Below are positions 25,341 to 33,575 of a stretch of DNA of 33,575 bases, one piece after another. Within the stretch, counting starts at the first letter, position 1; every line of letters begins with the position of its first letter. The notes under the pieces were generated by a model. The model was not told the origin of the DNA and did no database searches. It saw only the letters and a program-made list of their open reading frames with translations. Source of the stretch: a virus (lineage: Duplodnaviria; Heunggongvirae; Uroviricota; Caudoviricetes); the IMG/VR virus record IMGVR_UViG_637000261_000005; one strand, given 5' to 3'. A program made the position numbers and the translations under genes.

Positions 25341-27092
25341 ATGATTCAGGACGCTTTTGTGCGCCAGCGTGCGCGGCAACTTTACTGGCAGGGTTATCCG
25401 CCCGCAGAAATATCACGTCTGATGGGAATAAACCCGAACACGATTTATGCGTGGAAAAAACGTGACCAGTGGGATGAAACGCCACCCGGGCAGCGTGTCA
25501 CGCAGTCCATCGATGCGCGCCTCATCCAGCTTACTGAAAAACAGAATAAAACAGGCGGTGACTTTAAGGAAATAGACCTGCTGACCCGGCAGCTTAAAAA
25601 GCTGCATGATGGCCAGCCGGATGTGATGGCCGCAGGAAAGAAAGGCCGGGCGAAAAAACTCAAAAATCATTTCACGCCGGAACAGATTGCCGCACTGCGG
25701 GAAAAAATCATCAGCAGGCTGGAGTGGCATCAGCGGGGCTGGTTTGACTCCCTGACCCTTTGCAGGGAAGCCGGGATACGTAACAGGATGATCCTGAAAT
25801 CCCGACAGATTGGGGCGACCTGGTATTTTGCACAGGAAGCACTGCTGATGGCGCTGCGTGACGATGTGGCGCAACCTTACCAGCGTAACCAGATTTTTTT
25901 GTCTGCGTCGCGTCGTCAGGCGTTCCAGTTTAAAAGCATTATTCAGAAGGCCGCGGCTGAAGTTGATGTGGAGCTGAAAGGGGGCGATAAAATCATCCTC
26001 TCCAACGGCGCAGAGCTGCATTTTCTCGGCACTTCTGCTGCGTCGGCACAGTCCTATACGGGCAATTTTTATTTTGATGAATTTTTCTGGGTCAGTCGCT
26101 TTGCTGAACTGCGCAAGGTGGCTGGCGCTATGGCAACCCTCAGCGGACTGCGGCGCACCTACTTCTCCACGCCATCCACCGAAACGCACGAGGCATACGC
26201 CTACTGGAACGGCGACCGCTGGAACGAGAAAAAGGCCTCGCATAAACGCCAGCGTTTTTCTGTGGACTGGAAAACGCTGCATAACGGGCTTATCTGCCCT
26301 GACCGGACGTGGCGGCAAATTGTCACGCTGGAAGATGTGGTTAATCACGGCTGGAAACACACCGATATCGACGAAATTCGTGATGAAAACACCGAAGACG
26401 AGTTCCTCAATCTCTATATGTGTGAGTTTGTCCGCGAAGGGGAATCGGCATTTAACCTGAATATCCTGATTGGCTGCGGCGTTGACGGATACGACGACTG
26501 GAAAGACTGGAAACCTTTTGCTCCCCGCCCGATGGGGAATCGTCCGGTATGGATTGGGTATGACGCAAACGGCAGCAGTGGCAACGGCGACAGCGGCGCT
26601 GTGTCCGTGGTGGTTCCTCCGTCTGTTCCTGGTGGCCGTTTTCGAACGGTGGAGACGCGACGCGTTCAGGGGCTGGAGTTTGAAGAACAGGCCAGAGTCA
26701 TTGAAGAGTTCACGTGTCGCTACAACGTGGAACACATCGGCATTGATGTGACGGGCGGGAACGGGGAGGCTGTTTATCAGATAGTGAAACGGTTTTTCCC
26801 TGCCGCTATTCCGTACACCTTCACGCTGTCATCAAAACGGTCGCTGGTACTGAAAATGCTGCAAATAATGCGTGCCGGGCGGTGGGAATACGATCGCGCC
26901 GAACGCGAGCTGGTCGCGGCCTTTAACGCCGTGCGTAAGGTGAAAACACCGGGCGGCTTTATCACTTACGAAACGGACCGAGCGAGGGGGATCAGCCACG
27001 GCGACCTTGCGTGGGCAACCATGCTTGCTGTCATTAACGAACCGATTGGCGGCGAAGGAGAAAACGAGCGTTTCACGGTTATGGAGTTCTGA
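25341..27092 (+). CDS. P: Terminase large (ATPase) subunit gpP
   Basis: 583 aa, divergent from O and followed by Q as in P2. Confidence 0.9.
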   Translation: MIQDAFVRQRARQLYWQGYPPAEISRLMGINPNTIYAWKKRDQWDETPPGQRVTQSIDARLIQLTEKQNKTGGDFKEIDLLTRQLKKLHDGQPDVMAAGKKGRAKKLKNHFTPEQIAALREKIISRLEWHQRGWFDSLTLCREAGIRNRMILKSRQIGATWYFAQEALLMALRDDVAQPYQRNQIFLSASRRQAFQFKSIIQKAAAEVDVELKGGDKIILSNGAELHFLGTSAASAQSYTGNFYFDEFFWVSRFAELRKVAGAMATLSGLRRTYFSTPSTETHEAYAYWNGDRWNEKKASHKRQRFSVDWKTLHNGLICPDRTWRQIVTLEDVVNHGWKHTDIDEIRDENTEDEFLNLYMCEFVREGESAFNLNILIGCGVDGYDDWKDWKPFAPRPMGNRPVWIGYDANGSSGNGDSGAVSVVVPPSVPGGRFRTVETRRVQGLEFEEQARVIEEFTCRYNVEHIGIDVTGGNGEAVYQIVKRFFPAAIPYTFTLSSKRSLVLKMLQIMRAGRWEYDRAERELVAAFNAVRKVKTPGGFITYETDRARGISHGDLAWATMLAVINEPIGGEGENERFTVMEF

Positions 27093-28138
27093 TGAGCAGA
27101 AAAAATAAAAAAGTGCGCATGAGTTCACGCATTGATCTCGCTGATGCGCTCAGGAAAGAATCATCGCTCAGTGCATTCACATTTGATGGTCCTTATCGCC
27201 TGACCGGGCATGACCTGCTGGACAATATGTACTGTGCTGATAACGGGCGGTGGTATGAAACCCCGGTGGACTGGTACGGTCTGGCAAGAGCTGCCCGGCA
27301 AACGTCCTGGCATCAGTCTGCGCTTTATTTTAAGCGCAATGTATTGCTCGGTTGCTACATCCCGCACCCGCTGCTTTCCCGGCAGGATTTCTCGGCGCTG
27401 GCGCTGGACTGGTTTGTGTTCGGTAACGCATTCCTTGAGCTTCGAAGCAATATGCTCGGCGAACCGCTTAAATTACGGCACGCCCTGGCGAAATACATGC
27501 GACGCGGAAGCGATCTTGAATCATGGAGGTATGTGCAGGATGGCAAGGATGCGTTTCAGTTTCGCCCAGGCAAAGTGTGTCACCTGATGAATCCTGACAT
27601 TAACCAGGAAATCTACGGCATGCCGGAATATCTCGGCGCATTACTCTCGGCCAGCCTGTCTCATTCGGCGGACATGTTCAGAAAACTGTATTACGACAAC
27701 GGATCCCACGCCGGGTGCATCATCTACATCGGTGCCGCGCAGGTAAACCGCGAAAGCATGGACTCCCTGAAAGAAACGCTACAGGGTGCGCGTGGTGGTG
27801 GTGCGTTTAAAAACGTGCTCATTCATGCGCCCAACGGGGGCAAAGAGGGGGTGCAAATTTTGCCGTTCCAGCAGATCACCGCAAAGGATGAGTTCATGAA
27901 TGTTAAGGCGGCATCCCGTGATGATGTGCTGGCTGCGCACCGCGTTCCGCCGCAACTGATGGGGGCGATGCCGGGTGAAAAAAGTGCGTTTGGTGATGTG
28001 GAGAAGGCCGCGCGGGTTTACGCAATTAACGAGCTGATGCCCGTCATGGAGGCCATGAAGCACATCAATGACTGGCTTGGCGAAGAGGTGATCCGCTTTA
28101 ACCCTTACGCACTGTTAGACATCCAGCCCACATCCTGA
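27092..28138 (+). CDS. Q: Portal protein gpQ
   Basis: 348 aa. It has an ATGA overlap with P and is the last late gene before the non-coding cos-type region. Confidence 0.9.
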   Translation: MSRKNKKVRMSSRIDLADALRKESSLSAFTFDGPYRLTGHDLLDNMYCADNGRWYETPVDWYGLARAARQTSWHQSALYFKRNVLLGCYIPHPLLSRQDFSALALDWFVFGNAFLELRSNMLGEPLKLRHALAKYMRRGSDLESWRYVQDGKDAFQFRPGKVCHLMNPDINQEIYGMPEYLGALLSASLSHSADMFRKLYYDNGSHAGCIIYIGAAQVNRESMDSLKETLQGARGGGAFKNVLIHAPNGGKEGVQILPFQQITAKDEFMNVKAASRDDVLAAHRVPPQLMGAMPGEKSAFGDVEKAARVYAINELMPVMEAMKHINDWLGEEVIRFNPYALLDIQPTS

Positions 28139-28164
28139 CGCGCTTCGCTTGTCTGCTGCTTCGC

Positions 28165-28189
28165 CGGGGCATAAAAAATTTATGCCCCG
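28165..28189 (+). terminator. Perfect 11-bp hairpin after gpQ (CGGGGCATAAA-AAA-TTTATGCCCCG)
   Basis: Seen directly, 27 nt after the Q stop. No U-tract follows, so terminator function is uncertain. Confidence 0.4.
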
Positions 28190-28468
28190 ACTCTCCAGCT
28201 CCTGTATCAGTCAGATAATTTCACGACGCCTTCCAGTTTATCGCCACCATCGACGGTCAGACTCTTACGCAATCCCACCGCGTTGACTGCATGTTCTCGC
28301 CGCCTCAGTGCGATTTTGACGGCCTTACCTTTCACCCCATCAAATCAGAATCCCTCACGTATTTTTCACGCTCAGCGTGAGAAATACGGCCATTCTGTCG
28401 TGTCGCTGCGACATCGTTAAGGGAACGCTATTTACCCCCTGAAACGCGGGCTGTTCCCCCGTCACCTG

Positions 28469-28492
28469 CGCGCAGAAAAAGCGCGTTTTTTT
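28469..28492 (+). terminator. CGCGC-AGAAAAA-GCGCG hairpin followed by T7: rho-independent terminator-like
   Basis: A GC stem plus a run of seven T residues on the plus strand. Confidence 0.4.
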
Positions 28493-28561
28493 GTGCACGC
28501 ACGGATCCTTGACGGATCCAGCCGCCACGCGGGCTGGAAGGGCAAAAATTCGTTCAAAAAA

Positions 28562-28588
28562 ATTGTGCAAATTTGTGCACTATTGTGC
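28562..28588. repeat. Three TTGTGCA heptamers at exact 10-bp phasing, with a fourth copy at 28491-28497
   Basis: aTTGTGCAaatTTGTGCActaTTGTGCAgc, seen directly. The nearby direct repeat is ACGGATCC-TTG-ACGGATCC (28499-28517). Confidence 0.6.
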
Positions 28589-28628
28589 AGCAGGGCGATG
28601 TGCGATTATCGCCCTGGTTTGAGGGGGA

Positions 28629-29219
28629 TCAGGTGTTATTTTTATCTGTCGTCAGTGGGCTAAACCATCCACAATTTACATCGCATGACTGATGCGTTCT
28701 GTCCTCGTGTTTCTCCTGCCACAATGCTTTTCCGCCAGCCTTTATGATGGCTCTTTCAACATCCCGCTCGTATCGCAAGGGCTGAAATACGTCATTAATG
28801 AAATATTCGCTTATGTCCGGAAGCGATACTGCAAAATTATTTGTTTGTTGCGCCGTCCTGCTATGCAGCAAAGCGGCATGCTTTAATGCGTCCTGTGCTT
28901 TCTGGAATTTAAGTGCATAGTCAGTGGCGATTTTTTCCAGTTCAGCGATTCGGTTGTCTTTGGTTTCCAGCCAATCAAGTAGCGCCAATACTTCAGGATC
29001 CCCGACATCCAACACTGTTACGCGTGATTTTTCATAATGTTCGTCAGCAAGAGTTCGGCCAATTTTGAAATCTCCATCATCACCATAACCGGAGCAGGCA
29101 TAAACAACCTGTGCTCCAGATATTCGCTGAATTGACATTTCCTCGCCGCAAATAGGGCATTTCGGTACTGGCACAGGTGAATAACGTTCACGTAATGCCT
29201 GATAGTTGATTTCGCTCAT
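28629..29219 (-). CDS. Hypothetical protein with an N-terminal Cys-pair (zinc-ribbon-like) motif and an Ea22-like coiled-coil motif
   Basis: 196 aa. It contains ..KCPICGEEM...VYACSG.. and ..LLDWLETKDNRIAELEK.., reminiscent of lambdoid ead/Ea22-like proteins. A hairpin CAGGGCGAT..ATCGCCCTG lies just downstream (28590-28615). Confidence 0.6.
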   Translation of the reverse strand: MSEINYQALRERYSPVPVPKCPICGEEMSIQRISGAQVVYACSGYGDDGDFKIGRTLADEHYEKSRVTVLDVGDPEVLALLDWLETKDNRIAELEKIATDYALKFQKAQDALKHAALLHSRTAQQTNNFAVSLPDISEYFINDVFQPLRYERDVERAIIKAGGKALWQEKHEDRTHQSCDVNCGWFSPLTTDKNNT

Positions 29220-29282
29220 TAAGTCGTTCTCCTTGTTTATGTTCTGAGGTGGAGAGCAGGGCGAACTCGCCCTGATGTTGTG

Positions 29283-29594
29283 TTATTCAGGAAATAACGC
29301 CCGGATATTTCCGGCCATCTGACTGGTTATCTGTGCGGTTGATACTGGCTGTGATGCGGGGCGTTCTGTCCTGGTTTGTGTCACTGATAACGCTTCATCA
29401 CCAGCCCATGCAGCCAGTCGATAAGCCTCTGCCGGATTCATTTTCAGAAGTGCCAGCCCGGCCAGAAAAGCCACGCGTTGGCCGCTTTTGCGGGCTTCTG
29501 GTGTAAGGCTGTCCAGCCAGGCGCATGCTTCTCCTTCGTTCTTGACGGCGGTGGGCTTCAGATAGAAACTTATCCGTCTGGTTGGAGTCGTCAT
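29283..29594 (-). CDS. ParR/StbB-like partition adaptor (103 aa)
   Basis: The start MTTPTRRISFYLKP is preceded by AAGGAG. ..ACAWLDSLTPEARKSGQRVAFLAGLALLKMNP.. parallels R1 ParR (..CDTLDSIPQGERSRLNRAALTAGLALYRQNP..). The gene lies immediately downstream of the ParM-like gene. Confidence 0.7.
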   Translation of the reverse strand: MTTPTRRISFYLKPTAVKNEGEACAWLDSLTPEARKSGQRVAFLAGLALLKMNPAEAYRLAAWAGDEALSVTQTRTERPASQPVSTAQITSQMAGNIRALFPE

Positions 29595-29598
29595 TGGT

Positions 29599-30204
29599 TT
29601 ACTCCTTGTCCATTGCGTACAGCCCATTAACCAGAGCAAACTGTGGCACCCCGTCCGCGATGAAAGTCGCATTAACTCCGCAGGCTTCGCGGATAGCGGG
29701 TGCCACAATCTCCGCCCCTCCACCGACAACCATCACCCGCCCGTAACCCGAAAAAACCGCCAGCGCGCGGATCACGCGTTGTTTCAGTGTTTCTTCCTTT
29801 TCACGAATTACCGCCATCAGGCTGGCGTAATGCGCGTCATTGTGGATGTGCTGGCGCAGCCAGGCTTCATCATGGCGATGTTCGATAATGGTATTGGCGA
29901 TGTGGTGACTGGTGCGCATACCGTTAGTGGCCATCACCGACAGTACGGCATCGGCCATCAGAGAAACGCCCACGTGTGGATCGCAAAACACCTGGCTGAT
30001 ACCTGCCAGTTGCCCCTGAACCTTTGCCACATCCAGCGTGGTTCCGCCCAAATCCACAATCAGCAGGGATTCAAACGGACTCATGTCAGCCAGTGCCTTA
30101 AAGCCAGCCGGAATGGATTCAGGCATAACCTGTACGTTACGGATAGTGAATGCTTCGCCGTTCTGGTACTCCACCGGGCGCATGACGTTCGCTTTTTTGC
30201 GGTT
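29599..30204 (-). pseudogene. ParM/StbA-like actin-type segregation ATPase, 5'-truncated by IS911 (about 118 N-terminal codons missing)
   Basis: [73 protein letters not shown].. is colinear with R1 ParM (..[38 protein letters not shown]...[28 protein letters not shown]..). The homology starts exactly at the IS911 end. Confidence 0.85.
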
Positions 30205-30212
30205 TGAAGTGG

Positions 30213-31381
<1,169 letters not shown>

Positions 31382-31453
31382 TGGAGCACCTGTGTTGTTC
31401 TGAGGTGAGCATATCACCTCTGTTCAGGTGGCCAAATTCAGTGTGCCACTTCA

Positions 31454-31718
31454 AACCGAAGAACACGGCGGTGCGGAGTCCGGAGAGTAACGGAATAGCA
31501 GAGAGCTTCGTGAAAACGATAAAGCGTGACTACATCAGTATCATGCCCAAACCAGACGGGTTAACGGCAGCAAAGAACCTTGCAGAGGCGTTCGAGCATT
31601 ATAACGAATGGCATCCGCATAGTGCGCTGGGTTATCACTCGCCACGGGAATATCTGCGGCAGCGGGCTTGTAATGGGTTAAGTGATAACAGATGTCTGGA
31701 AATATAGGGGCAAATCCA
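31454..31718 (+). mobile_element. IS2 right-end fragment (last 265 bp), truncated by IS911
   Basis: It matches 1455-1719 of the full copy with one difference that I can see (CGC to CAC, R to H). It ends GGGGCAAATCCA at 31718. Confidence 0.9.
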
Positions 31719-31917
31719 CTGCGGCACAGATCAGCTCGGAAAGTTCGTTAAGTGCATCCAGATCATCAGCGTAAAAAGCCACGTCATACAGACTTCGGAT
31801 TGCTCTGGTCAATGAGTCACGGGCCGCACGTTCAGCATGAGCGCCTGATGCACTTAAGCGAAAATAAAAACGCTCAAGTGCTTTGTTAATGAGAGTTTTA
31901 TATTCTTTGCCCATCAC
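31719..31917 (-). pseudogene. Hypothetical early-region gene, 3'-truncated by the IS2 fragment
   Basis: MMGKEYKTLINKALERFYFRLSASGAHAERAARDSLTRAIRSLYDVAFYADDLDALNELSELICAAV. The tracked ORF then reads into IS2 and ends with the same [12 protein letters not shown] tail as ogr::IS2. Confidence 0.5.
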
Positions 31918-31925
31918 AACGCCCT

Positions 31926-32126
31926 TTAATCTGCTTTCTGTATTTCAGCTTCTGAATCCATACAAATAATTTCGATATAGGGTTCATCGCCATTAACCTG
32001 GCGTGCCTTTTCAGCTTCGCTAATGATTTCTTGTACGGTCTGGTACGGAAGTTCCACAAGCAGTCGCGTGCCGTTCAGATAAACGTAAGTGGCTTCGTCG
32101 GCTCCGTTTTTACCCGCCGGAGTCAC
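31926..32126 (-). CDS. Hypothetical small protein or gene fragment abutting IS629 (possibly 5'-truncated)
   Basis: The 66-aa ORF starts (GTG) at the very first base outside the IS629 end. No recognisable family. Confidence 0.35.
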   Translation of the reverse strand: MTPAGKNGADEATYVYLNGTRLLVELPYQTVQEIISEAEKARQVNGDEPYIEIICMDSEAEIQKAD

Positions 32127-32168
32127 TGAACCGCCCCGGGTTTCCTGGAGAGTGTTTTATCTGTGAAC

Positions 32169-33059
32169 TCAGGCTGCCAGATCATCGTTTCCGATGGAAG
32201 CATAATAAGCTTTTTCTGCTTCTGCCGGAGGGATGTGGCCCAGCCTTTCCAGCAATCGTCGATTATTATACCAGTCCACCCACGTGAGTGTGGCCAGTTC
32301 CACTTCTGCACGGTTTTTCCAGCTCTTACGGTGTATTACCTCCGCTTTGTAAAGACCATTGATGCTCTCCGCCATCGCGTTGTCATACGAGTCGCCTGTA
32401 CTTCCTGTTGATGCCAGTAATCCGGCTTCCTTAAGCCGCTGTGTGTAGGCCAGCGATACATACTGAGAACCTTTATCACTGTGATGGACCGTGCCGGACG
32501 GTCGACGGGCCCATAACGCCTGCTCCAGTGCATCCAGCACGAATGTCGTCTCCATGGACGATGAGACCCGCCACCCCACGATGTATCCGGCAAACACATC
32601 AATGATGAACGCCACATAGACGAAGCCCTGCCATGTGCTGACGTAAGTAAAATCAGCCACCCACAGCTGGTCAGGTCGTTCTGCCACGAACTGACGGTTT
32701 ACGCGGTCGCCTGCGGCAACGGCTTTCCGGCTGATGGTCGTACGGACCTTTTTACCCCGGAGAACACCGGCAAGTCCCATAACCGCCATGAGACGTGCCA
32801 CAGTGCATCTGGCCACTCTGATGCCTTCCCGTAACAACTGACGCCAGACTTTACGCACACCGTATACCTGATGATTCCCATCGTATACGCGCAGTATCTC
32901 TTTCTTCAGCCAGTCATCGCGCTGCGCACGGGCACTGCGTTTATCAGGATGATGTCGCTGTTGCTGACAGTGGTAATACGTTGACGGGGCAATATGTAGT
33001 TCACTGCATACCGGTCCGACCCCGTACAGCTTACGCAGCTTATCCAGCAGTGGCATCAC
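32169..33059 (-). CDS. IS629 OrfB (DDE transposase)
   Basis: 296-aa ORF with ..[27 protein letters not shown]...[10 protein letters not shown].... Confidence 0.9.
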   Translation of the reverse strand: MMPLLDKLRKLYGVGPVCSELHIAPSTYYHCQQQRHHPDKRSARAQRDDWLKKEILRVYDGNHQVYGVRKVWRQLLREGIRVARCTVARLMAVMGLAGVLRGKKVRTTISRKAVAAGDRVNRQFVAERPDQLWVADFTYVSTWQGFVYVAFIIDVFAGYIVGWRVSSSMETTFVLDALEQALWARRPSGTVHHSDKGSQYVSLAYTQRLKEAGLLASTGSTGDSYDNAMAESINGLYKAEVIHRKSWKNRAEVELATLTWVDWYNNRRLLERLGHIPPAEAEKAYYASIGNDDLAA

Positions 33060-33382
33060 TTTTTCCAGAGGCGGTCGAACTCCGCCTTCGCAAAATAAGC
33101 GGAAGCCTGGCGAAGGATATCGTTACTGCGGCGCAGTTCACGATTTTCACGTTCCAGCTCTTTCAGACGCTGACGTTCAGCGGTGGTGAGCCCGCCATCA
33201 CCGCCTCCGGTATCCCGCTCATGCTGGCGTACCCAGACACGCAGAGTCTCCGGTGTACAGCCAATCTTTGGGGCAATGGAACAAATTGCCGCCCACTGTG
33301 AGTCATATTCGCCCTGACTTTCCAGAACCATACGAATCGCCCTCTGACGGACTTCGGGGGAAAAACGAGTATTTTTAGTCAT
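33056..33382 (-). CDS. IS629 OrfA
   Basis: [64 protein letters not shown]... Confidence 0.9.
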   Translation of the reverse strand: MTKNTRFSPEVRQRAIRMVLESQGEYDSQWAAICSIAPKIGCTPETLRVWVRQHERDTGGGDGGLTTAERQRLKELERENRELRRSNDILRQASAYFAKAEFDRLWKK

Positions 33383-33437
33383 CCTGTTTACCTCTTTCTC
33401 AGGGAGTTTAGTCTCCAGGATTCCCGGGGCGGTTCAC

Positions 33438-33575
33438 ATGATGAACGGCGGCAATATTCTGACGCTCCAGAAAATTCTGGGGCACGCAAAGATTCAGACA
33501 ACGATGATTTATGCCCATCTTGCGCCGGATTACCTGCAGGATGCGGTGAGGTTTAATCCACTAGGAGGTGCTTAA
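33438..33575 (+). pseudogene. int: Tyrosine integrase, last 45 codons only (5' part removed at the IS629 junction)
   Basis: Own translation: MMNGGNILTLQKILGHAKIQTTMIYAHLAPDYLQDAVRFNPLGGA*. This is the C-terminal catalytic-Tyr box (..LGH....T..YAH) of phage integrases. The stop codon is the last 3 nt of the window. Confidence 0.85.

Larger units (their letters stand above)
28139..28628. other. Non-coding region where a P2-type cos site is expected (between portal gene and accessory genes)
   Basis: Assigned by position only (in P2, cos lies next to Q). The region is dense in hairpins and short repeats. I could not find the P2 19-nt cohesive-end sequence. Confidence 0.35.
32127..33436 (-). mobile_element. 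IS629 (IS3 family), full length, 1310 bp
   Basis: The ends are TGAACCGCCCCGGGTTTCCTGGAGAGTG (32127-) and the reverse complement of TGAACCGCCCCGGGAATCCTGGAGACTAAAC (-33436). OrfA and OrfB are recognised as IS629/IS1203-type. Confidence 0.9.

Noticed and set aside
25413-26735. 440-aa minus-strand ORF antisense to terminase gpP
   Set aside because: Same reasoning: the plus-strand frame is a recognisable terminase large subunit, and the antisense product is Arg/Pro/Phe-rich with no family resemblance.
28355-28570. 71-aa minus-strand ORF in the cos-type region
   Set aside because: It starts at a non-ATG codon (TTG) inside the TTGTGCA repeats, has no Shine-Dalgarno, and spans several strong hairpins. 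It is more likely non-coding.
28562-28588. TTGTGCA repeats as a CRISPR array or replication iterons
   Set aside because: The units are 7 bp at 10-bp spacing with only 3-4 copies. They have no spacer structure and are far too short for CRISPR. No adjacent replication gene supports an origin.
28139-28628. Attempt to locate the P2 cohesive-end sequence (GGCGAGGCGGGGAAAGCAC as I recall it)
   Set aside because: I found no convincing match on either strand by eye, so no cos coordinate is claimed. Only the positional expectation is reported.
32124-33439. Target-site duplication for IS629
   Set aside because: The flanks read CAC and CAT, so only 2 of 3 nt match. This is treated as no reliable duplication, consistent with a deletion or rearrangement at this element.

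Overview
The window is almost entirely a decaying P2-like (Peduovirus-type) myovirus prophage in an Escherichia/Shigella-type background. The host inference rests on IS2, IS911 and IS629. The prophage runs from ogr at the left (about 1.7-1.9 kb) to the last 45 codons of a tyrosine integrase that end exactly at the right edge. All P2 late-gene families are recognisable: portal Q, terminase P/M, scaffold O, capsid N, L, X, a lysis cassette, R, S, V, W, J, I, fibre H plus chaperone, sheath FI, tube FII, E/E+E', tape measure T, U and D. Several carry inactivating lesions: a nonsense codon in D, two frameshifts in FII, a frameshift in N and IS2 in ogr. The lysogeny/replication region is replaced by a mosaic of IS911, an IS2 fragment and IS629. 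There are four accessory loci. (1) A roughly 3.5 kb, roughly 30% GC island lies between gpD and ogr and encodes one intact 1039-aa protein with 4-5 N-terminal transmembrane helices and no motif I can recognise. This is my best candidate for an undescribed system (membrane-anchored defence or exclusion cargo), but its function is pure inference. (2) A Gin/Pin-family invertase sits beside a 2.7-kb invertible tail-fibre segment bounded by near-canonical gix-like sites. (3) A cos-proximal cargo locus holds an Ea22-like protein, a ParR-like gene and a ParM-like gene truncated by IS911. (4) A Hok-family toxin gene lies at the left edge. The sheath-to-gpU module is in the opposite orientation to canonical P2 synteny. 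A shared TTTTGTTGT-N12-AGAAC element sits centrally in both divergent late intergenic regions (D|FI and O|P). I saw no tRNA, rRNA or CRISPR array.
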